Positions 1-12,900 of a stretch of 64,000 nt of DNA are shown here, piece after piece. The position numbers were made by a program, and so were the translations under genes. How positions within the stretch are numbered: position 1 is the first letter of the stretch; the number at the start of each line of letters is the position of its first letter. The notes beneath the pieces were generated by a model. The model saw only the letters and a program-made list of their open reading frames with translations, did no database searches and was not told the origin of the DNA. The DNA comes from Rhizaria sp. SCN 62-66 (Eukaryota), in assembly GCA_001724265.1 (NCBI GenBank), contig MEDY01000070.1:1-64000 (forward strand), in the 5' to 3' direction.

Positions 1-766
1 CATCGCCACCGACGGCGTCTTCAGCATGGACGGCCACATCGCCGACCTCCGCTCCATCTGCGACCTCGCCGACCGCTACAACGCGCTTGTGTTTGTCGAT
101 GATGCTCATGCGACGGGCTTTGTTGGCAAGACTGGCCGCGGCACTGCTGAGCACTGTGGTGTTCAGGTACGATCACGTTCTTGCCACGACTTTAATATAT
201 CTGTGCTTATTCATGTAATCGCGCTTAAGTTGCGTGTTCACTGATGAATTTTGTGTTTTTGTATTGTTTCTTGGCCTTCTTTGCAAACCTTGCTTCTTCT
301 CTCTCGTCATTTTCTTATTCGATGTCATATTAATTTGTTTTTGTTTGCATAGGGTCGTGTGCACCTCACCACGTCCACACTCGGCAAGGCCATGGGCGGC
401 GCGTCGGGCGGTTACGTCTCCGGCCCCGCGGCTGTAGTGGCCGTGCTGCGCAACAAGGCGCGTCCCTATCTTTTCTCGAACTCGATCGCGCCGCCTCTCG
501 TCGCGGCCGCGCTGGCGGCGTTCGAGGAGGTCACTACGAGCACCGCGCGCCGCGACAAGGTCGAGGCCAACGCGGCGCTCTTCCGCAAGCTCATGAGCGA
601 GAACGGCTTCAACGTGCCCGGCGAGCACCCGATCGTGCCGGTGATGCTGGGCGACGCGAAGCTGGCGGGCGAGTTCGCGCGCGAGATGGTCAAGGAGGGC
701 ATCTACGTCGTCGCCTTCTCCTACCCCGTCGTGCCCATGGGCAAGGCGCGCCGCCTCATGAAGTGA
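1..766 (+). CDS. GCAT: 2-amino-3-ketobutyrate CoA ligase (glycine C-acetyltransferase, class II PLP enzyme); 5'-partial, C-terminus looks short
   Basis: Exons <1-166 and 353-766, intron 167-352 (GTACGA...GCATAG, phase 0). Motifs [30 protein letters not shown] (PLP lysine), [25 protein letters not shown]. Ends TGA. Confidence 0.9.
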
Positions 767-997
767 AAACAAACAAAGTGAGATGTTGATTACGGTCACC
801 TTTGATCACACAGCAGCCAACACCAACGGCTAGGAAATGTGGCCATAAGGTCTGTTATGAAAAACCTTGCTAGATCGTCCATATGTCCGCTAATAACGTC
901 TCTGAATATACAACTTGATTTTTTCTGCTATATATTGACGCTTCTATTTTTAACCTCTCTTCAATCTATCATCTGTGTTGCATGTGCGCTGCACAGA

Positions 998-2324
998 ATG
1001 TCTGACCTTGAACCGGCTCCTGCTGCTGACGAAGGCAACGACAACGCGCTACTGCCGACGCTACCGGAGGCACTGGGGCGCGACTTCCTTGACATCGGGG
1101 ATGCTGCGTACTGGACTGCAACCTCTTGCAAGCCTGGGCACGGCATTGAGGCTCTGCGCGACCCCAGCAATGAACAGTTCTTCGAGTACGTCAACATCTC
1201 TCCAACTCTGGATATCAATCACTTTATTTGCAATGTACTCTGCTCTGTGACACCGCAACGCAGTGTGGCTCATATATCGCTTTGTTCATACTGTTGTATA
1301 GGTCTTGCGCGCACTCGTACGAGCATGTGCACACGATTTCGCTCAACTTCTCGACGCTTCGCAACGTGACCCACCTCGCACTCTGCTTCGACTTTGCCAC
1401 TGACGACTCATACACCCCAAAAGAAGTACGCACATCAGAACTCAATCGCACATTGACGAGCCTTAGTTTGAACATAATATCTAGTAAGATGCAACTCTTC
1501 TTTTTTTTCAGCATTTTGCTTTCCCACTTATGTTTTTGACCGCTAACCGCTTACTTTGCTCCTCTGATCTCAACAGCTGCGCATCTCTGCCGGCGCCGTG
1601 GCCTCTGCTCTCACCGTCGTGGCCACACCCGTGCTCGAGCAGGCACAGGGCTGGCTGATCGTGCCCTTTCCGTCCTCAGCGCCGGCGTCCGCGCCCGGCG
1701 GCGGCAGCGGCAGCGCTGTGGCGCCCACGGCCGGCATGCCGGTACACCACGTCAAGCTCGACGTCGAGAGCTGCGAACAGAACGGAAAGTACGCAAATAT
1801 CACGCAAAACAACAATCATGGCGAAGAAATTTAAGATTTACATCGCATATTGAAATTTATAACTGGTTTGACTTGTTTGCATTGTCGTATGTTAACACTG
1901 TCCTTTCTCACGTGTTGTGTTCGCCCATGAATGTCTGTTATTTCACGAAATTCAATTCAAATAGAGATATGCGGATGCGAGGTATGCGCATTTTTGGTCC
2001 TCTGCCGCCCCCTATTACGCGTAAGTGAATGGTTTCTCTGCTTCAACTCCGAAAACAACTTCTTAATGCATCTTGGAAACATCTGTTGATTAAACGGTTA
2101 ATTGTCGTCTAAGCCAATCCTCGCCCATTCACCTCATATTTCTCTTATTTTTGTTTGGCTTTTTACAACTTTGCATAAATCCGCGCTCTCGTGTGCAAAT
2201 AATATTGACACAACCGACAACAACAACACAACAACTCGTATGTTCTTGCTCCTTGGCAGTACTCCCGGAAGGCTTCATGGGTTTCATCACTCCTGACTGC
2301 CTCGCATCCTCTTCTTTGCGGTGA
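998..2324 (+). CDS. ANAPC10: Anaphase-promoting complex subunit 10 (APC10/DOC1), about 214 aa, 5 exons
   Basis: Exons 998-1185, 1302-1425, 1577-1788, 1965-2020, 2260-2324 join in frame. Motifs IGDAAYWTATSCKPGHG, DDSYTP, QNGKD and a C-terminal LR tail matching the APC10 IR/LR tail. Ends TGA. Confidence 0.85.
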
Positions 2325-2801
2325 AACGTGCATCTGAACCTGCGTTTATATCCGTCAAGCTGTCTGTGCCGCGTTGCAGCAGAGTCTGCATGGGCAGCAG
2401 CAGGCCAGTAGCATCACTAGAAGTGAAGCGTTTTTGATAAATAGTCACTTGAATACATATAGTAGTTACATCAATAACAATAAAATGTGAAATTATTTGC
2501 ACTTTCTGAAATATGTTTATATCTCTCTTGATATTCTCGTAGTTTAGTTTGATTTCATGTGGAAAGGCACGAAGTGTTACAAGCACGATCAGCGATTGTG
2601 GTGGCGCACACATTGCAACTCCTCCAATGTTAATGTTGTTTCGAGCGACCACACGTCACCAATTAACATGTCTTTGGCAACGATATTGAGTTAATATTTC
2701 TTGCTTTAATATTATTTTTTAATTTTAATCTGACATCACTCCCAGTATTGGACCCGAACACAGCCCTCACACTTGTGCATTGTTTCCAAGTCTCATTGTG
2801 G

Positions 2802-5273
2802 ATGAACAAACGGACACATGACAGTCTCAAGAGGCTTCATGAAGCGGTGGCTAGTTTCTCAGCTTTTAAAGCTGCATAGCCTGCGAAGGTTGCCATCATG
2901 AAACTTTCGAGGGCAGTCTCTCAGTGTTATGGCGTCGCAGTCGCAGTGCTCCACGAGAGCGGGATCGTTCCGCTGCTCCTGCGCTCGCGTGCGCCCTGCG
3001 GTTCTGCAGACGATGAGAATTCGCGACTCCGCTCTATCGTTGCTCTGGCTAAAGCTATCATCGGCTCTGCAGCGGCGCGGTATGGCGACACGGTCATCAG
3101 TGGCGCTGACTTGCTCGCCGAATGCGGCGCAGCTGAGGTCTTCCTCCCCTACATCCCCCTGATTGAGACACCACTGCAAGATGTTTGCTCGCTTCTCAAT
3201 GTTGTGACTGCCACAATTGCTACTGCGAAGGGTCCTGCCCTTTCTCTGTCGGCAAGGTGCACAGCGTTGGATTGTATTCGCTCGCGTATACGCGACACGA
3301 ACGAGCAAGACTATTCGCACGTGCTCTCATCACAAACGTACCGCAATGTTCCCTACCACGTTTCGGTGACCGCCATTCTAACCGTGCTTATCACGGGTAC
3401 AACTGATGGCACTGTCACTGCGCCCCGTTTGCCGTACGCGGCCGTGTCAGTATTTGTTCCTCTGATTCGCAGCACTATCAAGCAGCATGAACAAGATTTC
3501 GTTTGCCGGAAAGTCATTATTGAGTGTGCCGCTGTGCTGCGCAATTTGTTCAAATGTTACCGAGAGGATGACAAGGAGGGCGCACAGTGCCGCACTGATC
3601 TTGCGGAGTTTGTGGCCAGCCCATCATTTCATCATCTGTTGGAGCTCACCGACAACGATGCCCTCATGGAACTGCTGCGGTTTATCGACGTGTGTGACGA
3701 TGCCTCACTTGCGCTCGGTTTGACGCCTTCTCGCCTCGGGCATATCATCCGCGAAGTTGGCCGTTATATGTGGAACTATCACAGGGACGTGCTGAACTTG
3801 TACGAGTTACTCGCGAAGCTAGCAGCTCGCCTACCCGCGTTTGCGTAGCTCCTCCCCACCACGCGCGGCCTTGCGCACCTCGTCCATATCACTAATCAGA
3901 TGGCCACCTTCAAGTTCACTTACGAGTTGCGAAATAGCGCTGTACTGCTGTTTGATAGCATTCTCACGTCAGCTCCCGACGTGGCGCTTGCTGCACAAGG
4001 CCTGCTCCGCGCTGGTGCAATGAAGCTTTGCTGTGGACATCTCATGTATCCTGTCATGACGCATCACATTATGTATCCCGCGCTCCCGTACTACGAGCGG
4101 GAGAAAACCCCCGCTCTGTGCAAATTAAGTGCAGAGCAAATCGCGCGGGTGCTGCGTGTGCTGCGCAGGATGTTCGGCACTGGCGACTCGTCGTCGGCCG
4201 TCATGGCCCAATTCACCGCGGGCCGCGGGCTGCAGGCGCTCGACCTGCTGCGCTATGACGACGGTCTGCAGGAGAGCGGTGGTGAGCTGATAATGAGTGA
4301 GCTGACTCAGCTGCGCGCCTTGCTTGCGGACATGACTGTGATTGCGGTTGATACGCCAGAGACAGAAAAGCAACGCCTGCAGACGCTTGCGGAGCTTCAG
4401 GCGTTTATTAAGCCGCATAGGGACTGGGAAGTTGCATTTGACGCATATATCTCATGCACTTTGACGAAGGCTGGCTTGTTACGGGAGGCCGAGGATGGAG
4501 TTACGACTGAGAACGGCCTTAAACGAGCGCCGTCCCCAGCGCTGCTGTCTCTGCTGCAGGCCAGGGCGCGCGAGTGCAGTCTGCTTTACACGCACACCAC
4601 CCGTGAGCACCAGGCACCTATTGGTGACGATGGCGTTGCCCCGGATGTGAGCATGGAGCTGTCTCTTGATCAAGATCGGCAGCGCCCCTACAGCGTGGTG
4701 ATCCGGCCCGATGACAAAGGGTTTCCTGCCAACGCAGCGCATTTCCGTCTTGCTCATTTCACCGCCGCTCTAGGCAGCAAGCTCCACACGTGCATTGTGC
4801 CGCAGGGCCACGAGCCCAATCCGCCTGCCCCGCTGCCTTTCATCACACTGTTACACCCATCTAGCTGCTACCGTTGCTTCACCCAACCGGTGTCGCTTCC
4901 CGAAACCGACTTAGTCTACGGCGAGTACGCGCCCGATTCTGCGCATGCTGACGCGGGCGCGGACGACGCGGACGCCTCCTCTGCGACGTACCCCGTTGGC
5001 ACAGTGCTCATGTATCCTATCAAAGCGCTTCTCTCATTGACAAGCTACAGGCAACAGACCTTGCCATGGTTCATCGTCTATAAGCCGTGCCCGAAGCGCA
5101 TGCTCCGGGGTGCAATCCCCGTCGGCCGCGTGGTGTCGTGCTTGCAGTCGGGCGGTGACGCGAGTGGCACAGAGATCTTCGACGCCACCACAGTGGAGCA
5201 CATTGATCTGTGTTTTTCGAGCTATCATGCTGAGGGTTGTGGTCGTGGCACTCTTTCAGTGGACATTGTCTAA
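2802..5273 (+). CDS. About 823-aa protein with a helical-repeat (ARM-like) N-terminus and a degenerate cyclophilin-like C-terminal domain; two in-frame TAG codons (2877-2879, 3846-3848)
   Basis: ORFs 2898-3848 and 3900-5273 share a frame and are separated by one TAG. The frame extends to ATG 2802 across a second TAG. The C-terminal part aligns by eye with cyclophilin motifs (FPANAAHFR, GSKLHTCIVP, VYGEYAPD, WFIV, PVGRVV). Ends TAA. Confidence 0.6.
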
Positions 5274-5852
5274 TTTGTTCACTAAAACCTCCTTGGGATG
5301 GTGAAACACCTGCTTTGCTGTTTGCTCGACTATAATATTTCTTTTAACCGAAACTATGAACGGGAGCACAGACACAACAATCGTCAATCGTGGTATGGAA
5401 GTAAAGCTCGGTGGCGTCTCGTAATATGTTTCCATTTTGATATCGGGAGGTGTGGCGTTTTGCGTCGGGATGTGTGTTTCCACAGTGGCACATTCAAATA
5501 AACGCAGTCAGTCACTCTGTTAGATGGCTTCATGTATATCACTGGGCAGTATTCCGTGAGTTTGGAAACTAATTCAGAGAGCAATACAGACTTCTCAACT
5601 ACTAGTACGAGTAACCGGTAACTGCAGCTAACTTAACTCACCAAAGCTGGCAAGTTGCGTAATTTTGCATGACGTCTCCTGCAGTATAGACGCATTTTAG
5701 AAATGTATAATTTACAGAGACTATATAATTGTTTGATTTAATATCTGTGATATAACAAAATCTGTTCTGACGGAAGTCTCGTCTCGCTGTACCTCTTTCC
5801 GTTTCTATTATGATCCCCGTCGTCCATTTCCGACGCACGCTGCCACAGCCAC

Positions 5853-7489
5853 ATGTCTGACCGTTCCGACTGCGACGACATCGACGACGACGTCACTCTT
5901 CCTCGCCCTTCCGATGAGTCCTCCGCAGCCGCCGCTGCTGCGGCCGCCGGCGAGACGTTCGCGCTGCCGAAGCTGCCCGAGGAGCTCAACAACCCGCCCT
6001 TCACGCCCTCTGAGGCGCGGCCCTGGGACGTGCAGGTCATGGTCTACAACGTCGCCAAGCGCCAGAACATTGGCAACATGGTCCGCAGCGCCGTGGCGTT
6101 TGGCGCGTCGGCGATTATCGTCGTCGGCAACCGCCACATCAACACGTTCGGCAACAAGAACACCAACAACTACATCCGCTTTGCGCACTACGACAAGCTC
6201 GACGACGCCGTCGCGGCTCTGCGCGCGCGCGACTACGACATTGGTACGCTCGATAACACGCCAGCGCGTGCGCATTCCGCACCGAACTTGTATCACTGTC
6301 TGAGCAATGGGAGCAAAGTCGGGTCACTCCTCCATTCTTTACGCGTGTGTGGTGATTCGATGTGCTACTACGCATGAGCTGGTCGTTTTTGGCCGAACTG
6401 AACTGAAATTCATTCGTAGCGTTTTCTCTATTTGGACTTTGTCCCATTTTTCTTTTCCCTAATATCCCTGCTTACTGTGATCTCTTTCCTCCTGCTCCAA
6501 CTCAATCTTCTCTACTCTGGTTACAATTCATCTTCTCACATTTTTCGCGCTGATTCGTACGCACAGTCGGTGTGGAGATCGGCAACGGCGCCAAGCGTCT
6601 CAACGACCTCCCGTTCCGCAAGTCGACCTGCTTTATGTTTGGCCAGGAGGGCTCCGGTACGTCGCGCAAACACACGGACACACAGCATGTACACGCAATG
6701 CTCGAGGTGCGCTGTATGAAGCTCTGAAGCAACAAAACAAAATATAACTTATCGCAACTATATTTGCGTCTATATGTCGACTCTGCATTGTATACGCATG
6801 TCGACATTGCTCCTTGTTGTAATCAGCTTCTATTTTAACTGCTATGTGTCAATGTGAATCATTTCTCACTTGTCACTTTTGCTTTCTTTCACCACTCTAT
6901 GTCCGTCCTCGCGCGCCTCTCAGGCCTGAGCCCGCGCCAGATGGCCGCGTGCGACTACTTGACGTACATCCCGCAGTACGGCGCTGGCACGGCCTCGCTC
7001 AACGTCTCCAACGCGGCCGCGATCATCTTGCACCGCTTCGCAGACTGGGCGGGCTACCAGGAGCAGGCCGTCGAGGGCGCCAAGTTCATCGTCGACGACT
7101 CCAGGCTGGTACGCAATCGCGACAAAACGCACATATATCATCATTTCGCTTTCCTATCAGCATTTTGTGCGGAATATAGGCTGCTGCTTTGGGAATAAGT
7201 GCATCACTTATCTTCATCGTTGTGAATGCGGATTGTATGCCTCTGGTATCTAACCCTGTTTTTTCTTCTCGTGCACTCTGTTTTCCCATTCCCGCTGCCG
7301 CAGGTCAAGGTGTCGAAGCGCCCCGCCGAAGGCCAGCAGTACGAGCGCTCCGAGCAAGAGCAGTTTGTGCGCGCCCAGCGCCAAGCGCGCCGCCAGCAGC
7401 AAGAGGCCGCCGCTGCCGCTGCCGCTGTGAAGACGGACGCCGCCGCGGAGGCGACTGTGGCTGCTGCTGCTGCTGCTGCGGACGCGTGA
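5853..7489 (+). CDS. SpoU/TrmH-family (SPOUT) RNA 2'-O-methyltransferase, about 283 aa, 4 exons
   Basis: Exons 5853-6243, 6567-6656, 6924-7108, 7304-7489. SPOUT motifs NIGNMVRSAVAFG, FGQEGSGL and IPQYGAGTASLNVSNA. Ends TGA. Confidence 0.9.
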
Positions 7490-7778
7490 GCGCCTAATTT
7501 ACATGTTTGTGAATCACCGACATTGTATTATCTGTAAAATAATCGCACGTTCAGTGTCAAGTGCATGTTGTGTTCACTACAAATGAGTGATTATAGCTCA
7601 CTCTGTATTGAAAACTGTGTACACACTGAATGGCCCGAGACTGGCAGCAAACCTCGAAACAACGCGAAATAAATCAAGATTCGGATCTGCATCATCTCTA
7701 ACCCACACCCACTCAAGCACTCTCTTTTTGTTATCAATGCGTATGCGTCTCATTTCTCTGCCTAAGCGCTGACGCCTC

Positions 7779-9270
7779 TCACCGGCGCTTGTAGATGCAG
7801 GGCTTGAGCAGCATGCCCGCGGGCGTGACGGTGCCGGTGGCGTCAGTGCACTTGATGAAGTCGAGCAGCACGAAGTGCGTGTTGCTCTTGTCCGTGTGGC
7901 GGTGGCGGAAACCAATCTCCGTCACGGCCTTGATAAAGCGCTCGATGCCGTCGTGTTGCTCGTCGAAGCGCGAGCGCACCTCGGCGATCTTCAGCTGGCC
8001 GCTGCGAGAACAAAGGGAAATAACAGTTACACAGACAGCGGAAGATCAAAAAGTGAGAAATACATATGTACATGCATGCAGATAAAAGTTGGAGCGAGAA
8101 TATATGACAGCTTGTAAAAAAATCAATAGATTTACACAACATCACTTGATAACCATTGTTTTTTCTTGCGACTTACTTGATTTTGAGCGTGCGGTGTGCC
8201 TCCTTGATGAAGTCAGTGAAGTTGGTCCCCATGAGCGCGAGCGAGAAGATAGCGACGTCGAGCACGGCGTTCTTAAGCGGTACGGAGCGGATGTCGCAGG
8301 CGACGACGCGCTCGTTGACCGAGACAAGGTCGAACGAGTGCACGGTCTGCGGCACGGAGCGCGCGATCATGGCGTCGCCGCAGCCGAAGTCGCCGATGAC
8401 GGCGCGCGGGGACAGCGTCTTGATGTGGCGGATGAAGATGTCCACCGGGTTCGAGGGCCACTTGGTAACCTGGTGGCGGAAGCCTTCGTGGTAGGCCTCG
8501 AACAGCTCGGGGTCCTTGCTCATCAGTGCAACGGCCTGCGCAGAACAAAGAGAGAATACAATATAGAGATGAGCTAGGTGTGTTTGTCAAAGCTGTTTGT
8601 CAAAGCAGAAAGGAATGCAGTCTTGATATGTTCAACCAAAACTTAAAACTTATTTAATCTCGAAATTTGTAGTAGTGGCACGATATCGCGATACATTTTC
8701 CGTTGTGCGTACCTGGGTTGAGTTGGTGGTGTAGAGCTGCTCGTTGAGCCAGCGGAACTGGCCGCCCTGCAGCTGCACCTCCATCTTGCTCTGCAGCGCG
8801 CTCATCCCGCCCTTGCGCGGCGGCGGAGTCGCCGACGTGATCGAGTGCGACGACGCGGGACGCGCAGCAGCAGCAGCGCCGGCCTTGTTGGCGTTGTTGG
8901 AGTTACTAGACTTCGCAGTGTGCGAGTCAGGGACGGGGCGCTTGCGGGAAGCAGCGTCCGCAGTGGGGGCCGCCGCGGCGGCTGCAACGGGGGCGCGCGC
9001 GGCGGAAACGACGGAGAGCGAGGGCAGAGAAGTCACGAACGCTCCCTTGGGCTTGCTGGCAGCCGCCGCAGACGCGGAAGAAGCAGACCCAGTGGAGGCA
9101 GGAGCAGCAGGGGAGTTCGCGGGGCGGCTCTTCTTGATCGTGGCGGTAATATCAGCCTCAGCGGCCTTGGGCGCGGGCTTTATGGGCGCAACAGGGACGA
9201 TGGAAGGCGCGGCAAGGTCGTCCTTGCGCTTCTGCAGCATTGCCAACAGGCGCTTCTGCTTGTCCGACAT
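7779..9270 (-). CDS. RRP8: Ribosomal RNA-processing protein 8 (LSU rRNA m1A methyltransferase, nucleomethylin), about 379 aa, 3 exons
   Basis: Exons 9270-8713, 8535-8177, 8001-7779. Motifs GGQFRWLNEQLYT, YHEGFRHQVTKWPSNPV, DFGCGDA, SLALMGTN, IAEVRSRF and terminal LKPCIYKRR. Ends TGA. Confidence 0.95.
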
Positions 9271-9916
9271 CTGGACAAGAACGCGTTTGGAGAAGTCGCA
9301 CAGATTGGGAAAGACAATGATCGTAGGAAAATTAATGAGGAAATAAAGTATTAACGTTCATATAATGATCAGAAATCACTGTATCAATTGATTTGACGAT
9401 CAATTTAAGCTGATCAAACGCAATTCCGCCAGCTCGTCAGACGACTTTCTTCTCGCTCGTTCGGGTCGACGCTGCGCGGCGGTAAAAGTGTCAGGTTTCA
9501 TACAAATGTTGGGGATATCTGAAGACACGTAGCTCTCGCACAAATTTTAAGTTTGACATCATAAATAATATTACGTTTTCAATCTAGGCATTGCTGCTTT
9601 GCTGCGCTCGTCTCTTAATTGGGCTGTATACTGGTCGTTTGTCACACTCGAAATATTTTTCAAGATGCACAACTTGGGGGCCAGCCAGGTTTGCCCGACC
9701 GCTGCTTTGTGGTTAGACGGTCAAGATCAGCGAGCTAAACTTTTGACGTCCGTGCTGCGCGAGTAGTGCCATACTTGAAAACGCAATTGAATTTGCGTTG
9801 ATAGCTGACCTTCCGGAACAGCGTGGAATATCCTTGAAGCTGCGAAACTCGTTTTGTGACACAAACGTCCGCGTCTTCGCCCGCCAACCTGCGGAGCGCG
9901 CGTTGCTGCTTGCCCA

Positions 9917-12900
9917 ATGAGCTCTGAAATCATTGGCCGCATCGAAGACTTAATAGAATCGGTGGTTGTTGAACTCCAAGCAACAACCACTCGCGGACAA
10001 TCAACCGAAAAGTACGTATTTCGCTGCCTTATCCGATACGTCCGCAACTGCCCCTCTTGTATTCACCCCTTCACTCACGGTAACCGATTCCTTTATGCCG
10101 TCTCTATTCCCACCTTGTTAGATGGGACCCACTCATCGTTTCGTTTCACCGCATTGGGGACCGGGCTGAGTTTGACCCACAAAGTCAGTGCTATAAAGCC
10201 ATGCCTCACCCGACACGCCGCGCCTCGCCCTCTGCTGTCGCGTTTCCCGCGAGTCCTGGAGCATCACTCGCCGGCCTTGGTACGTCTTTAAGTTGTATAT
10301 GCGCTTGTCAACATCATTTAGCTGACATGTTCTCCTTTTCTTTGACTCATAATGTCCATCTATACCTGTGTTTCCCTTTTTCAGCCCAACTGTTGCGCGT
10401 TCTGTCCGTCGTGCATGGTGCTCTCTGCTCCGGTACCACCCTCTCTAAGCGGTACGTCTATCGTGTACCTATTGTGTATATCTATAGCGCGCGCTATTAT
10501 TTATCTCTTGCACTTTTTCTTCAAGTCGCTACACCTCTTGTGCTAACGTATCGTCTCTTTTCTTCTTCGTCTCAATGTGCGTCTCCTGCAGCGACCTGTA
10601 CTACTCCGACCCTGCCCTGTTTGGCTCTCAGGCCGTTTCTGATTCGGTGCTAGCGGCCGCGCAGGCGCTGCTGGGCGGTGTCCCGCGCTGGCGCCTCGGC
10701 GTCTACGCCGCCATGCGCGGCCTCGTCGTCGGCGACCTCCACCTCGCCGTCGTTCGACCCGCGCGGGAGCCGGCGCCGGTAAACACGGCCGCAACGGCAA
10801 CACAAGGTCCAGCTGCTGCGGTGACTGCGAACAGTGGCTGCGGCGACTCTGCTGCTGCGGCAGCGGCGGCGGTGTACGGACCGGTGCCGCGGCCAGTGAC
10901 CGGGACGCTCTTGACCCCACTGCTGCAGACCGACAGCGCTTCGAACATCAACAGTTACAGTAGCAATATCACCACTGGCTGTAACAACGTCGGCTTCGGT
11001 CGCGCGCCGTCTGCGGCTAGCGCGCTGCTGCGTCGTCAGCTCGGCCTTGCCACACCTGCGACGACACCAGCACCTGCAGCATCAGCAACAGCAGCAACAG
11101 CAGCGGTGCGTGATGAGCCCACCTCATGCCCACTCGTGTCGGTGTCACCGCCGTACAGTCAGTCAGTGGGGCCACCGTCTTCGTCGTCATTGTCATCGCA
11201 GTCAGCGTCACTAATGTCGCCCGTATTGCCGCAATTGGTAGTGCCACGCATGGTGTCCTTCGCAGCGGGCCGTGAAATTCCCATCGACGTCTCCGCGCGC
11301 GGCGTGCGTTGGCGCCCCGCAACAGCAACAACGTCATTAACGACATCACTGCAACAGCATAGTGCTGGTAGTGGGGGGTATGACGCCAGAAAAGACCCGC
11401 GCAGGCGCAACAACACCAACAGCAAGAGTGAGTCTACTCCATCACGCTCACCGTCGCCGTCGCCGTCGCCGTCAGCGTCACCGACGGCGACACCGCAGCG
11501 GTCGCCACAGTCGTCGCACAGCTATGGTGGCGGCGCCGAGCTGCTGGGCGCTCCCGTGGGCGTGCCCGCTGCGGGCGAGGAGGCCGTGACCGTGGTGCGC
11601 ACGGCCGCACGCTTTGTACTTGTGGTGGAGAAGGAGACCATCTACCACAAGCTGTTGTCGCTGAACTCGGCCGCAGAGCAGGGCACGGGCGCAAGCACGC
11701 GCAGGGAGTCGTTCGCGCAGCGCTACAACTGCATCGTCATCACCGTACGTACACAATCAAACATGATAACAAAACAAAGATCAATTGAAATCTCTAAATC
11801 AAACTACGCACTGCTTTTTTGCATTCACCAATCTATCCGAATTTCTTTCTGGCTCTTGCTGCTCGAATCACAGGGCCGCGGGTATCCTGGCGTGGCGACG
11901 CGCAACCTGCTGGCGGCCCTGCGCGCGAGCCACCCGCGGCTGCCGGTGTTCATCCTCGTCGACGGCGACCCGCACGGTGTGGACATCTACGCCAAGTACG
12001 CCTTCGGCTCGCCAGCGCAGGCCGCCGACTGCCCCTACGGCGTGCGCGACGCCATCTACCTGGGCCTCCGGCTCACGGACCTCGCTGCGACGCTCCCGGC
12101 GCTCGTGCGCGCGGGGGAGCGCGCCGCGCAGCGCAGGGAAGACAGCGCACTCGCGGCGCTCACGGCCGCCGCTGCCACTGCGAGTGCAAGTGCAAACAGT
12201 CGCGACGGTAGTAGCGCACAGCAGCATTCCAGCAGCAGTGTGAGTGTCAATGCACGCTCTGGTGCAGTGTGGGACACGCCAAAGCGCGGCTTGACGTTAG
12301 CTCAATCAGTGACTGCAGCGCCACAACAACAGCAGCCGCTGCAGTTGTTCAAGCCTTTGTCGCTCACTCTCGCCGCGCTGCCTAGCCCGCATGGCAACTC
12401 ATTAGCAACGCCAACGACTCCTCGTTTGTCGCAGTCCCTACCGCAGTCTCCGTGGCAGTCGCAAGCGTGGCCGTCTCAGTCACAGTTGCTCTCCCAGTCG
12501 CAGTCGCTTTTACACTCGCAACTACAGTTGCAGTCACTGCTGCCGCGCACCCCTTTGCGCGGTCTATCAGCCCCCGGTGTGTCCGCCCCTGACACACCCA
12601 GCACTCCGGGTGTTGGCATTGGACCTGGACTCAACCTCAGTCAGAGCAACACGCCGCGCGCCCCATACAACAGCAACAACAACAACAGCAATGGCAACGG
12701 TCGGATTCGCGCCGAGAGCGTCGCAGCCAGCAGCGCTGCGGCAGCCAAGTCAGTACTCGCACTAGCATCAGCGTCCGCTGCAGCTGCCGCCGCTGCAGCT
12801 GCCACAGCAGCGGCAACTGCAACGCTAGCAATGACTGACGCCGAGTTTGAGGCCAACTACAGCGAAAAAGTTCACAACGATGACATGGCAGTGCGTGTTG

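Noticed and set aside
3845-3899. 55-nt intron removing the TAG at 3846
   Set aside because: The donor GTAGCT does not match the local consensus, the intron is too short, and splicing would shift the frame away from the 457-aa downstream ORF.
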